64,000 nucleotides of DNA, filler included, from Dirinaria sp. TL-2023a (GCA_051941275.1; 6 parts of 6 records of this genome joined end to end with filler, not necessarily neighbours in it), one strand, 5' to 3'; shown: positions 38,143 through 50,759, counted from the first letter of the whole stretch. Program-made: numbers and translations. The notes: generated by a model not told the origin, from the letters alone.

Positions 38143-38794
38143 TGAAGACTCGCGAGACTATGTATGACTTCTCCCGGCAAATTATTAGAAGTGTACCTAA
38201 GGATTGCTTTGGTCAAGTGAGGATGAGTAAATTAGCTGCTAGCTTGCGAAAAGCTCTCAGTATAAGGATCAAGGAACGTCAAAGTGAAACCTCTGAATGT
38301 CGAAAAGCCGGTGCTTTTGCGAGCGGCTCAAGACCCATACCGTGTATGCCATCTTGCTTTTATTATCAAAGTGTGCTCTGTTGAGCAGAATAAGCAAATT
38401 TTTAAACTCGCCGTCCTTATCGATAAGAAAATTCCTCGGAGAAATTCCGCGGAATAAAGTAACGTGTGTTTATTTTCCAGGGGTCTCTTTGGGCTAGTGC
38501 ACCAGGGGTTGACGCCCACACGCCATTCAGCTCCTGAGCGTCGTCCTCCCGTCCAGAAAAGATATGGTCCACAGGACGCATATTTATCTTGCGAAGGCAC
38601 TGATGAAGGCAGAAAGTCTTGATTGAGGTTTGTCTGAAGCCTCATGTTGGCTGCAGCATGTCATCTCTGATCACACCGGTTTCCGGTCGTTTCGTGGGTC
38701 CGCCGATCTCTACAATGAAACGGCGGGCATGACCTCAGAAACGCCCCTCCCTGAAATAATTGTTGAACTCGTAGTACTACTGCGTAGCAATATA

Positions 38795-39885
38795 ATGACC
38801 ACACGGAATACGAAAGAGGAGTGGCTCGGTGTGATCGAGCAAGCTCAGAGAGCCATACCTAGTACTTTCACTGAATACAAGGCCCCCGGACTGGGGACCC
38901 TTGGGTTCGCCAAATCCATAGACCATACGCTTCTGAAGCTTGACACGAAAAGCTCACAAATCGATACCCTATGTGAAGAAGCAAGACACCACGATTTCAA
39001 AGTCAGTCTTTTCTCCTACAGATTGCATTGAAAACGCTGTCGCTCTCTTGTTTCGTCTCTCTTGTCTCTGTCTGTGTGATTCTATTTGCCTCGAGATAAG
39101 AAGTTGTAGGCCTTAGGAAGCCTTCCAACCCACACCCTCCAAGCGTATCTACTTAGTTCAAGCGTCTAACAGCGAGGCCTAGTCAGTTTGTGTAAGACTG
39201 AGATGGGTCAGACGTGCAGTCGCCAATTTGCAAGGAACTGCGGTGGACGTCGCATGCGTCATTGGCTTTCATGAAGGCACACAACCCGTATCAGAGAAAG
39301 TCAAGTAAGCGTACCTTAGGATTCGACATCTTATTCCATGTACGATGATGGCTGAGCACTACCAGGGAAGCTGTGGATGCTGTCGCTGCGGGTGCCTCAG
39401 AGCTCGATATGGTTCTAAACTGGGTTCAGCTCAAAGCCAAAGACTACGAGCATGTCTATGCCGACATAGCTGCAATCCGTAACATGGCGCCTCATCCGGT
39501 CATACTCAAAGTCATCCTTGAAACCTCTCAGCTCTCGCAGGAAGAAATCATCGCAGGCTGTAAGTTGGCGCAAGCAGCTAGAGCAGACTTCGTCAAGACG
39601 AGCACGGGCTTCAGTGGGCCGGGAGCGTCCATCGAGAATGTGAGACTGATGAAAGCCGTCGTCGGAGACGATCTGAAAGTCAAAGCAAGCGGAGGCGTCA
39701 AAACAGTGAACGAGTGTGTAGCAATGATGGAGGCTGGAGCCGAGAGGATCGGCACCAGTAACGGAGTGTGGATCATGAATGAAGCGCAGAGTATCGTGGA
39801 TGAGGTTACGCACATGGCTGGTGATACTCATCGCCGAGAACAGAGGCCAGCTTCATCTTTGACGAGAACTTTTAGCAGTTCGTGA
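38795..39885 (+). CDS. DERA: Deoxyribose-phosphate aldolase (3 exons)
   Basis: IDHTLLK, SVCV, VIGFHEG, GASELDMV, LKVILET, FVKTSTGF, KASGG, GAERIGTS; introns 39002-39182, 39306-39365. Confidence 0.93.
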
Positions 39886-40398
39886 AGGTGATACCCACCG
39901 CATTCTGGGCATTCAGTTTTCTGGTACTTCAAAGATACTCCACCGCGAAGTCATAATTTTCTCACAGGATTCATATCTGAATTTAATCATTACCTGAGAA
40001 CATAGAATGGATTTGGTAGAACTGGACTACAGGAACTTTACTAACGAGAGGCCTTTCAAAGGCTTTCGGCATCATTTTGATCCCACATTCGAAAATCAGC
40101 GCTGCGTTGCTGGTATTTGCCGCCGACTGCATGCTTAGAAAGAAACACCTCACTTTCCCTGTGCGTAGCATTAACGCAACGAAGCGAAGCAGTTTCAAAA
40201 CCGCAATGAAGTAGATGAAAAAGGCACCCCTTAGCCAAACAGAAGACATATGATCCTCAACCGACCGCCTTCCATTCCTCTCCCTCTCCCAGGCACAGCA
40301 ATAGCAAATACCTCCGACACTCCAAGCAGCGCAAAGCACTCTCAAGCCATCATAAAACCCTTGAATTCATACCGCAAGGAAGATAATCTAAAGAATCC

Positions 40399-40907
40399 TC
40401 ATTGACAGCTCTTGCACTCCGGCCCTCTGATATCATCTACTCGGCCCAACCTCTTCCCACCGCCTGCTCCTCCACCACCACTTGGACCACCACCTCCTCC
40501 ATACCCACTGCCGCGCGAAGATGTTCCTCCAGATCGAGAAAGACCCGATGGTCTGCGGATATTGAACGGAGACGCTTCAGCGGCGGCGTAGGCATCAAGC
40601 TATTCCCTGTATCAGCAAAGACTCCATCTTCGGAAATTCGAATGAAAAAATTCGAGAGAGGGAACGTACAGAGAAGAGAGAAGTGACGTAAAGGCCTAGG
40701 ACGTTGTAGGTGCTGTCGACGGCATTGCGCAGGCGGGCTGAGAGGGGAGGACTGAGGTGGTTTTGATTAGCGTTATGTACTGTGTGTAGGCTTTGTGGAA
40801 GGAAGATACGAAGGTAGGTGTGCTTGTGGTTTGTGGGAGATGGGATGTTGGTTTCACCTTTGGAGAACCTGCCCATTCGATAGGTATGGTCTTGCTGGAG
40901 CTGACAT
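40399..40907 (-). CDS. Selenoprotein K/SelG-like small protein, Cys homolog (110 aa, 3 exons)
   Basis: Exons 40907-40858, 40751-40670, 40599-40399 splice in frame to MSAPARPYLSNGQVLQSPPLSARLRNAVDSTYNVLGLYVTSLFSLDAYAAAEASPFNIRR...GGGGPSGGGGAGGGKRLGRVDDIRGPECKSCQ*. Confidence 0.75.
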
Positions 40908-41152
40908 CGTGTGTGTGTTCTTCTTTTTTTGGTCAAAAAGTCGCTGATCAGTGTTTGCTTTCCCCAAGGGCGCAGTCTGGCAGCAGTGAAGTAGTGATTC
41001 GAAAGAAGGCCAAGTAAAGTAAAGTACGGTTATTCGCCAGGAACGTTGCGCGGTGCCAATTCCGCTTTTCTGCCGATTGCACCGCCAAGCCAAACCACCG
41101 CAGGGGAGAAACCTTGAGGCGCTTTTGCTGGGGTTTTTCTTATTTGATAGAC

Positions 41153-42432
41153 ATGAGCTCGAAGGTGAATCCATCAATTCACATGCAAATCTACATATTG
41201 ATGCTACGCTAACGAGGACGCAGAAGCGGAAGAGAACCGGTGGAGTAGAGCACAATAATAATGGGCTCGATACTTCCAAACCTACGGCCGTCTTCAAGCC
41301 CACTGGAGGACGAGCCTATACCTTGAGCATTGCACTGCCTGGGAGCATTATCGCTAAGTAAACAAAACTGAATACATTGGTAGAGTGTCAGATTGACTGA
41401 TATCTATTTCACAGCGCCCAGTCTCCCGATCTAAAAGCGCAATTAGCTGGGCAGATTGCCCGCGCTCTTGCGGTCTTCTGCGTTGACGAGATCGTTATTT
41501 TCGACGATGGGCACACCCCAACACAAAACAGCTACCGCGGTGGCGCTCCAAGCGGCGGCCGCAATGAAGACTATTATACCGGCTACAACGACCCCAGTTA
41601 CTTCTTGATGCACCTTCTTTCTTATCTCGAAACACCGCCGCACCTCCGACAACGCCTTTTTCCCATGCACCCTGACCTACAGAAGGCTGGCGCTTTGCCA
41701 AGTCTTGACATGCCACACCATATGCGGCCTCAGGAATGGTGTCAATACCGTGAAGGGATCACACTTGAGTCGCAGTCTGCGAATGGCGCCGAAGGAGGTA
41801 CTGAAGAAAAAAGTAAGAAGAAAAAGAAGCGCAAGAGTGATTCTGAGGCTTCTCAGCCTAGGACGCTTGTCGATGCTGGACTTGAACGCGCAGTTACTGT
41901 CCATTCTTCGATTCCGCCGCACACTAGAGTGACGTTGAGATTTCCCGACTCTGCTGGACAAGGCGACAGTGGTGGAGACCTTGTTGCTGACGCAGTCGCG
42001 CCATCGGCACCTCGGGAAGAAGCAGGATATTATTGGGGTTATAGCGTCCGCGCGGCTTCGTCACTGTCAGCAGTCCTTACAGAGTGCACCTTCGATGGTG
42101 GCTATGATCTGACAGTGGGTACTTCGGAGCGCGGCGCTCCAGTCTCTTCGCTGCAAAACTCAGCCCATGGGCAGGGATCGGTACCAGAATATGATCACAT
42201 GCTGATCGTTTTTGGTGGTGTAGCTGGCCTGGAAGCAGCGGTCAAAGTCGACCCAGAGCTTGAGAAATTGGGCGTTGCCGATCCCAGTGGGCTTTTTGAT
42301 TGTTGGATCAACCTTTGTCCTGAGCAGGGCAGTAGAACAATTAGAACAGAAGAAGCTGTTTGGCTTGGATTGATGGGCCTGCGGGACATCGTTGTTACGA
42401 AAGGTCGCAGAAAATCTTATGCCGTCGCCTAA
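41153..42432 (+). CDS. SPOUT1: SPOUT-family RNA methyltransferase (SPOUT1/C9orf114, YGR283C/YMR310C-like)
   Basis: YTLSIALPGSII, QIARALAVFCVDEIVIFDD, YLETPPHLR, GYYWGYSVR, GTSERG, QGSRTIRTEEA; introns 41165-41223, 41358-41414. Confidence 0.9.
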
Positions 42433-42608
42433 TTTGCAAGCATATTCAGAAGCCAGGAATCCCTTGATCAGGGTCAGATAGTAGCTTAGTTGGTGGTGCG
42501 GCATCTTGACAAATGTTCGGCACTGCTCTTGGCATGGACATGAAGCCATTACAATTCGGGGTATACCTATCAGTCCTTGAACGCCGGTTTCCGATAAATC
42601 TACAAAGC

Positions 42609-43206
42609 CTATAACTCTTCGCCCGCACCAGGCTGCGCAGCAACACTCATCCTCAATTGCCTTTGCCTCTGCTTCGCCTGCAGCTCCAGCCTCTCAACAG
42701 CATACTGTAATCTCTCCTTTTTGGCTCTCATCTGCTTTAGTTTCAACATCTCCCTTTCGGCTCCTTCTCCACCATCTGCTGCCCCGCTCGCCCTCGCCTT
42801 GCCGCCAGAAAGTGAGGAAGATCGACTTCGCCTCCCATCTTCACCACTGGAAGATAAGCGCCCTTCAAGCAGTTCGCAGCGCGCGATGAGAGCTTGTTCG
42901 CGACGCTCGAGGCGGTCGAGGTGAGATTCACATCGAGAGAGAAGTGAATTTATTTCGGGGGTCAGGGAGTCGAGCAGGGAACGTTGGGCAGCTTGGAGGG
43001 ACGATTCGGGAAGGAGCTCAAAGTGCTGGAAGTCTTTTAGCGGAGAAATGTTAGATAGCGCGAATTCGCGTTACCCGCGTAGTTTGAAGGACTTTGGAGA
43101 GCCTAGGGAAATCATTGACGCCTGAATCGAGGATTGAGATGCTTGAGGCGAGGAGCTGATTCGTGGATTGGAGAGACGATACGCAAGAAGCAAGCGCAGA
43201 CGCCAT
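42609..43206 (-). CDS. SPC19: DASH/Dam1 kinetochore complex subunit Spc19 (2 exons, 182 aa)
   Basis: Manual translation LASCVSSL...SISILDSGVNDFPRLSKVLQTTR|HFELLPE...LDRLERREQALIARCEL...KKERLQYAVERLEL; intron 43026-43074; absent from the ORF track in the right frame. Confidence 0.9.
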
Positions 43207-43392
43207 TTCTGTCTAGATCACGCGAGTGAATATCTGGCTCTCTCCATGCGCCATCAATTGCCAGACAAGAATCTAAGGTAGTAGTAGAAGAGTCCTCCTG
43301 CACGGGCTCACGGGTTGTTGTCTTGGGCCGGTTCAACGTTTTGCCGCCGACCTCCGCTGTAACCCTCGAACGTCCATCCATCAAAGGCTCAC

Positions 43393-43492
43393 NNNNNNNN
43401 NNNNNNNNNNNNNNNNNNNNNNNNNNNNNNNNNNNNTTAATTAATTAANNNNNNNNNNNNNNNNNNNNNNNNNNNNNNNNNNNNNNNNNNNN
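43393..43492. other. Artificial contig spacer
   Basis: N44-TTAATTAATTAA-N44. Confidence 0.98.
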
Positions 43493-44122
43493 GTGCTTTT
43501 CATCGTCCGAATGGAATCTTGTTGCTCCACCCCTCAGGAGGCCCCCTTTCCCATCCCCTATCACACCCTCTTCCCCTACCCCATTCAGGTACAGGTGTAA
43601 TGTAAATAATGACATCTCATCTCCACCCGGGACTCGGAATTGCCCATCAAAATGCGGTCGGAAGTACTGCTCAGGCCCGTACTTTAGAAATCGCATCCGC
43701 TCGTTGAGTCTCGTCATTGACAGTGTTTCATTCCGCTTAACTGGTCCCCAACCGGTGATCAGTGGTTTCTTCTTCACCACCATGATCTCGGGCACAAGAT
43801 CCTTGACCCTGGACCAGATTTTTGCGACAATATCATGGTCGTCCCATATTATCCTGCCGCAATCTCGGACATCCGCCATTAGCTCCTGCTTGTAATTGCC
43901 TACGTTAACCATGGCTTGTTCCCAAACCCCGTCGCTCTGGGCTTCGGCCGCAAGCACGAGCTGCTCACATTCGAATTTGGTAAAGACGTCATCGACGACG
44001 ACTGCATAGCAGCCGCGGTTCTCTGGAAAGCCGAGTTCTTCGAAATTTAGTACTCTTTTAGTGGGCGTGGGAGGCTTGCCAGAGAGCCACGATGGATGAA
44101 TGCCAGGGGGTGAAGTCGCCAT
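43493..44122 (-). CDS. Prolyl-4-hydroxylase-like 2OG-Fe(II) oxygenase, 3'-truncated
   Basis: AVVVDDVFT..EC, RDCGRIIWDD, LNERMRFLKY, YFRPHFDG (HxD), TLHLYLN, GGATRF. Confidence 0.85.
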
Positions 44123-45651
44123 TGTTTTTAATCCTAGATAGAAAGACAGCGGCACCTTAGAATACGTCTGAATACAATGACGAAAATTGCAAAAGATTTT
44201 CGAAGACACAATTGAATTTCAAGATATGAAGGAGATGGAATTGGTGGGTGCTGTTGCCTACATGTACTTTCGGCCAATGAGGCTGAGTTACACCCTCTCA
44301 GCCAACCACCATCGGCGACACAGAAGGAGGCGCAGCGTGTATTCAATGAATTTCTGAGGCCGTAAGACTATGGAGAAGAAGTATCTTGAAATTCTCTTCT
44401 GACTCGATTACGTCCTTTCAAGACTTGAAGCTTAGTCCTCTGGAAACGATTTCACTCCTTTAAAGGATTTCCATCTCGCCACGAGGTTGCATGCCACTGC
44501 TGCCATGTTAGTTAGAGACCTAGCCACTTTTGACTTATCTAATAAAGCGATGCGGAGTATGTTAGCCGTAACTGTAAGGAAATGTTGCAGGTAAAGGTGC
44601 TGACTAGTATCAATGTCTTAAAACCAAGGTGGACAGTGGAGGATAGCAGCCGCACCATTGAGACATGCAGAGCCCCATAGCATCTTCCAGTCAACTAGAT
44701 AGAAAATAAAGCAGATCCCGGGTAGACTTTCCTAACCCATTTCCTCTCACGAAGACGCCCATTCTCTGAAATTCTCCAAGAGACCCCTCTTCATCAGCGC
44801 TTACCTGCAGCATGTGAAACACTGTACGTCAAAGAATCAAAGAGCTTCTCCAAAGAATAAAAGAGTTGCGACGCATACTTTCGAAACATTCAAAACCACT
44901 TATCCCAGAAAGTCAGAACGAAATCAGACTGCAGAGTCAGAGAGCACTTGAACCTATGTCACACATTTCGCCCACTATAGCTTCGCCCCTGCTATCTATT
45001 CCGTCCATGCTCCTGGAGCATAGCAGCACCATGACAAGCCTCAGGTCTATCAGCTGGAACTTACACTACGAAGCCCTAAGTGCCTTACGCAGGAATGGAT
45101 TCGGAATCCGGCAGAGTGTGGTACGGTTGGGTGCAGCAGTTGTATAGGAAGAGGCAAGAGAACGACACCTGGCAGACAAGCTTTTCCTTTCACTTTGATG
45201 ATAGTCGATCGCATAATACAGAGGACATATGAAGTGTGGCCTGCTGTCCATATCTCGCGGGTATCTATGGAGCCGACAAGGTAGATAATGTAGCTAGTGC
45301 CTGTCGCCATCCAATAGCCTTTGAAAGACTTGCAGTATCATAAAAGCTTGGTTGCACTGGGTAGAGATCGCAATCACTAAAGAACCGCGTGATTCATGAC
45401 ACTTGAAGTTATAAGGTAGTTTACCTTCAGAATACGGGGTATCGGTACGTAGGTCAATGGGCTACGACTTATGCCTATGTCAAGCTGGTCCTGACTCGAG
45501 AATGTTGCATATGATAATGGGAGACAGCTATCGACTCTAAGCTCAACTACCTAGCAAGTAGTGTATCGTTCTCATCCGTTGTTGTACAATTTCAAGCTAA
45601 TATTCACATCCTTCTCCCTTGGGGTTGGTAGTAATGGTATGACTCAGCTGC

Positions 45652-47789
45652 CTACCAACCACTCCCTGCAGCGACAGTAGTCTCAGCGGGAACTGTGGCC
45701 CAGCTCGCATCGCCAGTGTCATTGCCACCAGCAGTATTGAACCCGTCGGAGTTGAAGCCTCCAGTATCGAAGCCTCCGGTATCGAAGCCGCCGTTGTCGA
45801 AGCCGCCGTCACCTCCTTCAGCTTCTGCGGGTGGGTTCTTGCACCGACCCTTACCGTGACCCACTACGGAGCTGTTAGTGACTGTGACTGGAAACAATGT
45901 GGGAAGTGTAGAGCTTACTTTCGCCGCAGTTGCTGCACTTGACCTTGCTCCAGTCTTTGGGCAAAGGACAGTCTCTAGAGAAATGGCCCTTCTCATCGCA
46001 ATTACGGCAAGTGAAATTTGCCGGATTCTTGGGCTCCGTGCACTCCGCTGCCTTGTGTCCTTCCTGACTATTTGGAATTAGCTCTATACTTGCTTCATAA
46101 GCCCTATGATCAAGTGCATGACTCACCCGCAGTTACGACAGCCAAAGCCACCCCCACCTGTTGGGCAATCCTTCGCGAAGTGTCCCACTGCAATGATTAG
46201 ATGATTTCCGCTGAGACTTGAAAGAGTAGGAGAAAGGCATACTCTCGTTGCACTTCTTGCACTCGACACCCTCAGCAGAGCGAGGCTCGGTGCATTCAGC
46301 AGCGGTATGTCCGGATTGCCTGACTATGTTAGTAATTGGAACCCACTGTGGCTTTTGTTTAGACTTACTTGCAATTACGGCATGCGAATTTATCCTTGCG
46401 AGGCTCTGGGCAATCACGAGCGCGGTGACCCTCAGCATCACAATTGACGCATTTGACACCGACGCGATCAATATTTTCCACCGGCTCCTCGGGGCATCCA
46501 CGAACAGTGTGCCCCATTTCTGTGGAATGATCAGCTTGGGGCCTACACAGAGCCATAGAGACAGCGTTACCACCACAGCGCCCGCACTTCGGAATACCAC
46601 GCTCCATAGGAAGACCAGCATCCTTAAGACGCTCTACGTTTTCTTCGGCAGATGATGGCCATCCCTGACGGGCATTAACGCGACGAGGCTTGGCTGAGAA
46701 GTAGAAGCCGACTTGGTACTTCTTGTCAAGTTCGCCCTGCATGTTGATAAGGGTATGGGTAGCCGGGAGTTCGTCCTTTTCCTAATACACAATTAAAAAT
46801 TTTTCGCTTCTAGTACGTAATTCGTAACCTACGAAGGCAATCAGATGAGTATTGAACCCGTTGGTACGGAATGCACGTTCCAACTGGTCGTACGTGGTCT
46901 CGGGGATAGCCTTGCTGTAGACCTTGATAGCCTGGTATGGCGTAAGCATTCGATGACCAAATAATGGGCTAGTGACTTACGTCGCGGATATCATCAAGAT
47001 CTCGCTCCTGGTCCGCCTTCTCGAGGGCGACCCACGCATCCTCCGCAGTCGCATCGGCGATAGCAGACAGGTCGAACACACGGTTGCTGGTGCAGTCTTT
47101 AGTTGCGTGACCTATGCAATACGTCAGTCTCAATGGCTTGGAGAATGTATCTATGGTTCTGGCGATTGACCTTCTTCTTTGCAGTTGTTACACTTCGTCG
47201 GAGGCTTAGTCGGGCAATCCGCCGCACGATGTCCAGCTTCTTTACAGAAGCGGCATTCTCCAGTAAACTCACGCTCAACCTTGGGGTTCGGACAGTCGGC
47301 CTTGTTATGCCTTTTCCATACCTTAGTAATGAACAAACTCGTCAGCTTGGGAGACACTTACCCGCTCTCCCCGCAGTTGAAGCAGGCATTACTCCCAGCC
47401 GGTGCATCTGGACATTCACGTGCCAGGTGATCAGTGCTTTGACAGCTATAGCGATTAGCAAAAGGCATTTATATCTGCCAATCAACTTACATTCGACAGG
47501 CACGGTTGTCTACAGCGACACCGTTGCCCATACCGCCATTCAAGCCATCAGCAATACCACCGTCGAACCCGTTGGCAACATTGTCCGTGAAGTCACCATT
47601 TGTCTCTTTGGGAGCTGCGTCCCAAGTGGATGCTCCAGTATTCTCATTCCACTCGGCACCTCCGGCTACATCAAGGCCACCAGGTCAGCCTTCTTGATCC
47701 AGTGGAGAGATTACTGGGCTCGATCTAGAACCGAGTACAAGTGCAGCAGGAGGAAATCACTTACCAGTACCGCTATCCCAGCCGCTCAT
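45652..47789 (-). CDS. Multi-CCHC zinc-knuckle nucleic-acid-binding protein (CnjB/CNBP-like, many exons)
   Basis: About a dozen CxxCxxxxHxxxxC knuckles (e.g. CRFCKEAGHRAADC, CVNCDAEGHRARDC, CRNCDEKGHFSRDC) spread over short exons; Gly/Asp-rich termini, ends ...GSGW*. Confidence 0.88.
45737..45810 (-). repeat. Coding 15-bp repeat encoding GGF[D/N]x pentapeptides
   Basis: DGGFDNGGFDTGGFDTGGFNSDGFNT near the C-terminus of the zinc-knuckle protein. Confidence 0.8.
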
Positions 47790-49407
47790 GTTGCTTCAGT
47801 TCACTTCTGCCAATCAGCCCTCTGGCAACGCGTAAGGTAGGTATGGTTCTGTAGGCCAAAGACCCAAAATCAGACTGCAGTTCACCTGGACTACTGTTCT
47901 GCAAGTCTATGCATCCGTATCAGCGTGTTTGTTCAGTGCAGAGTAGATTGCTTGCCAGGATAAACAAGACAGGTGAAAAGCAGTGAAAGAGCGGATGGCA
48001 AGTGAGTGGATGCTCTGATCGGAAGCTATACCGCCTCGGAAGTTGCATCCGAGCAGAGCAGTGAGATTACTTACTGTGAATACACGCGAAGGCTTTCGAA
48101 GGTAATGATGAAGTATCTAAGACACTGACTCTGTGTCTCAGATACCAAGATCAAGTGCAGAACTTTGAGGCCTGAAAGTTGTTGAGGAAAACAAGCTGGG
48201 TTGCTGTGGGCTCGATATTTAGACACGCGCCGAGAATTATTCACAAGGCAAGATCCTCGCGTACTGGCATACCTACTGTGCTCTACTTGCTTGAACTATG
48301 GCATTCACCGTCGTTTTGACGTCATGATGACAATATGCTGGTTTGTCTCGATACCTGTAGTTTCATGTTTACTGTGTCGCTCTTACATGTAAATGAAGTG
48401 GATGTAGGACAGGTTGAAGCAAATTCTGGAGCGAATTGGCTGGGAATTTATGCAAGAAGCTAGACACACTCACAACAATGCCTACTGGTTAAGTAGGGTG
48501 ACTGCATTGGCTCTGGCCTTTATGGATGCCTGCATGAGAATCTCATTCACGTGTAGGGTATTCTTGTCAGCGTTCCAGAAACCTGATCTCCAGCCAGCTA
48601 CTGCATCTCATTTCATTCGGTGTTTGGGCAGTGTCTCACAGGGAAAGGGGTAACAGAGATTCCTAAAGAGAATATCATGTGACAAGTTGCATAGAATGCA
48701 AGCCGTGCAATTTTTTGTCAGTTGAACGTCCAAGCTGCTGAGTTGCCTCCCTTTGTTTGCAATTTACAACTTGCACAACTTTCAGTCGGAGTTCCCACTC
48801 TGAATTCTTGGCTGAATTGCTCTGGTAGGCCGGCACGTTGTAGCCGCAGCTCAGCTTGTCTGGCCACATTGATCTTCTGGACTCGAAATGTCGTATCTTG
48901 GGTAGAGAATTGCATTTCTGGAGCCTACAGCGTCCCGATTATTTTATCTCATGCTTCGAAAAAGATGCGTTAAGCTTAAGGTCTTTGAGCTGATGACGAG
49001 TATGATGGCTTTTGGCTGCTATGATTTTGACTTGAGCGCACTAGGTTGCCGTTTCCCATGTTGTCTCATCGAGAGTCTTGCGGGATCGATAATTAGAGTC
49101 GACGATCTTTGATTCTTCATTTCGATGCATTGTGCGAGGTAGACGTTTTCTTGTGGACTACCTGTAAACGAGCATGATTTTTTTCTTCTCTTTTTCTTCG
49201 GACGAGGGTTTCTGCCTGGTTTGAGTCCACAAAATTTGAGCGGACTCGAGAAGTAACTTCAATCATCAACAAATTTATCTTAGAGTTTGGAAACCATTAG
49301 TTTCCCGCTACGTTGGCATACCCCACCACCACCCCGCTCTTTCTGATAAGGCCCGGGTGCTCGTCGTTGTCGCTCTATGCGTACCTCACACCTCGAGAAA
49401 CGACACA

Positions 49408-50759
49408 ATGGGAAACAAGAGTGGGTTCTGATCTGAATCGCATTGATTTGAATTTACTTATCTGGAACAGAGGCACTCTGCTGCTTTTCGGTCGATATCG
49501 ATGCTGTAGCGGGATGGCTTGGTTCCTATGGAGGAGAGGACAGCACTTCGGATATTTCACGAGGTCCACTTGCCATTTCTACAGCGTTTGAAACTATTCC
49601 ACTGACAGTTTCAAGGTCTCTTTGCTGGCACTGTTGGTGTCCGGCGGCTCTTGAAGATGTTTGCGAAATACAATATCAAAACTACCTGGTTCATTCCAGG
49701 CCATTCTCTTGACACATTTCCTGAGGAATGTGCCATGATCCGGGATGCTGGACATGAGATGTAAATCTATATCATGAGATTCCAGGGAACCTCTAGTTTG
49801 TTGGTCGACTGATGGTGTGATAGTGGTCTTCATGGGTATTCCCATGAGAATCCCGTGAAGATGACCCTTGAACAACAGCATGCTATTTTAGACAAGACGT
49901 ATAAGCAGCTTACCGAGTTCTGCGGGAAGCCTCCAAGGGGCAGTGTTGCACCGTGGTGGGAAGCGAGCAAGGAGATGGCGGAGCTGATGTTAAAGTATGG
50001 GGTTGAGTACGGTTTGTTGTCCAACCATTATCTAGAATCCTTTCCAAGTGTCTCGAAAACGAAGTGATCAGACTAAGAGTTTATTACAGACCACTCATTC
50101 TCACACCATGATTGCCTTCCCTATTACCTTCGAACAGGGGACAAATGGACACCAATCGACTACGACAAGCATCCTTCGCATTGGATGAAACCTTTAGAGC
50201 CTGGGCCAATGACAGGATTGGTCGAGATTCCGAGCAATTGGTATCTTGATGATCTCCCTCCGATGCTCTTCGTTAAGAAAGCGCCCAACAGCCACGGATG
50301 GGTGAATCCGAGGGATGTTGAGGAGCTCTGGCGAGATCATTTCGACTACTTTTATCGCGAATACGATGAGTTTTGCTTTCCTGTCACCATCCACCCCGAT
50401 GTCAGCGGTCATCCACATGTCATCTTTATGCTCGAACGGTAAGGAACCTCTTCCATTCCCTTCGCTCGCTGTCCGTCATCCTCTGCATCGCCTCATTCCT
50501 TTTTCGAAAACCGCTGCTAATGAACACATAGCTTGATTGAGTATATTGGCACCAAGGAAGGCGTGCAATGGGCCACTATGGAACAGATATGCGATGACTT
50601 TAAAAGCAAGAGCAAGCCTCCACATGGCGCGCTCCTACCGGCTGAGCACGGAGCAATTTTGAAGAATCCAAGTGAGTACTAGAGATAACCTACTTCCAGT
50701 GTCGAGAAGAGGTGACCAACTGTATGTGATAAATAGGCATCCAACTGCAGAAAGCATGA
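49408..50759 (+). CDS. CE4 polysaccharide deacetylase, HP0310/PgdA-like (7 exons)
   Basis: Spliced: [77 protein letters not shown]; six GT-AG introns. Confidence 0.9.

Noticed and set aside
39983..40401. Terminal TGA of the SelK-like gene as selenocysteine with a downstream SECIS
   Set aside because: The Cys already occupies the Sec-equivalent region, I see no convincing ATGA/AA/GA SECIS stem in the 3' UTR, and Dikarya are not known to have Sec machinery
48105..48175. C/D box snoRNA or TPP riboswitch
   Set aside because: ATGATGA...CTGA is antisense to the host leader with no recognisable guide; CTGAGA and CTTGAT elements are in the wrong order for a TPP aptamer
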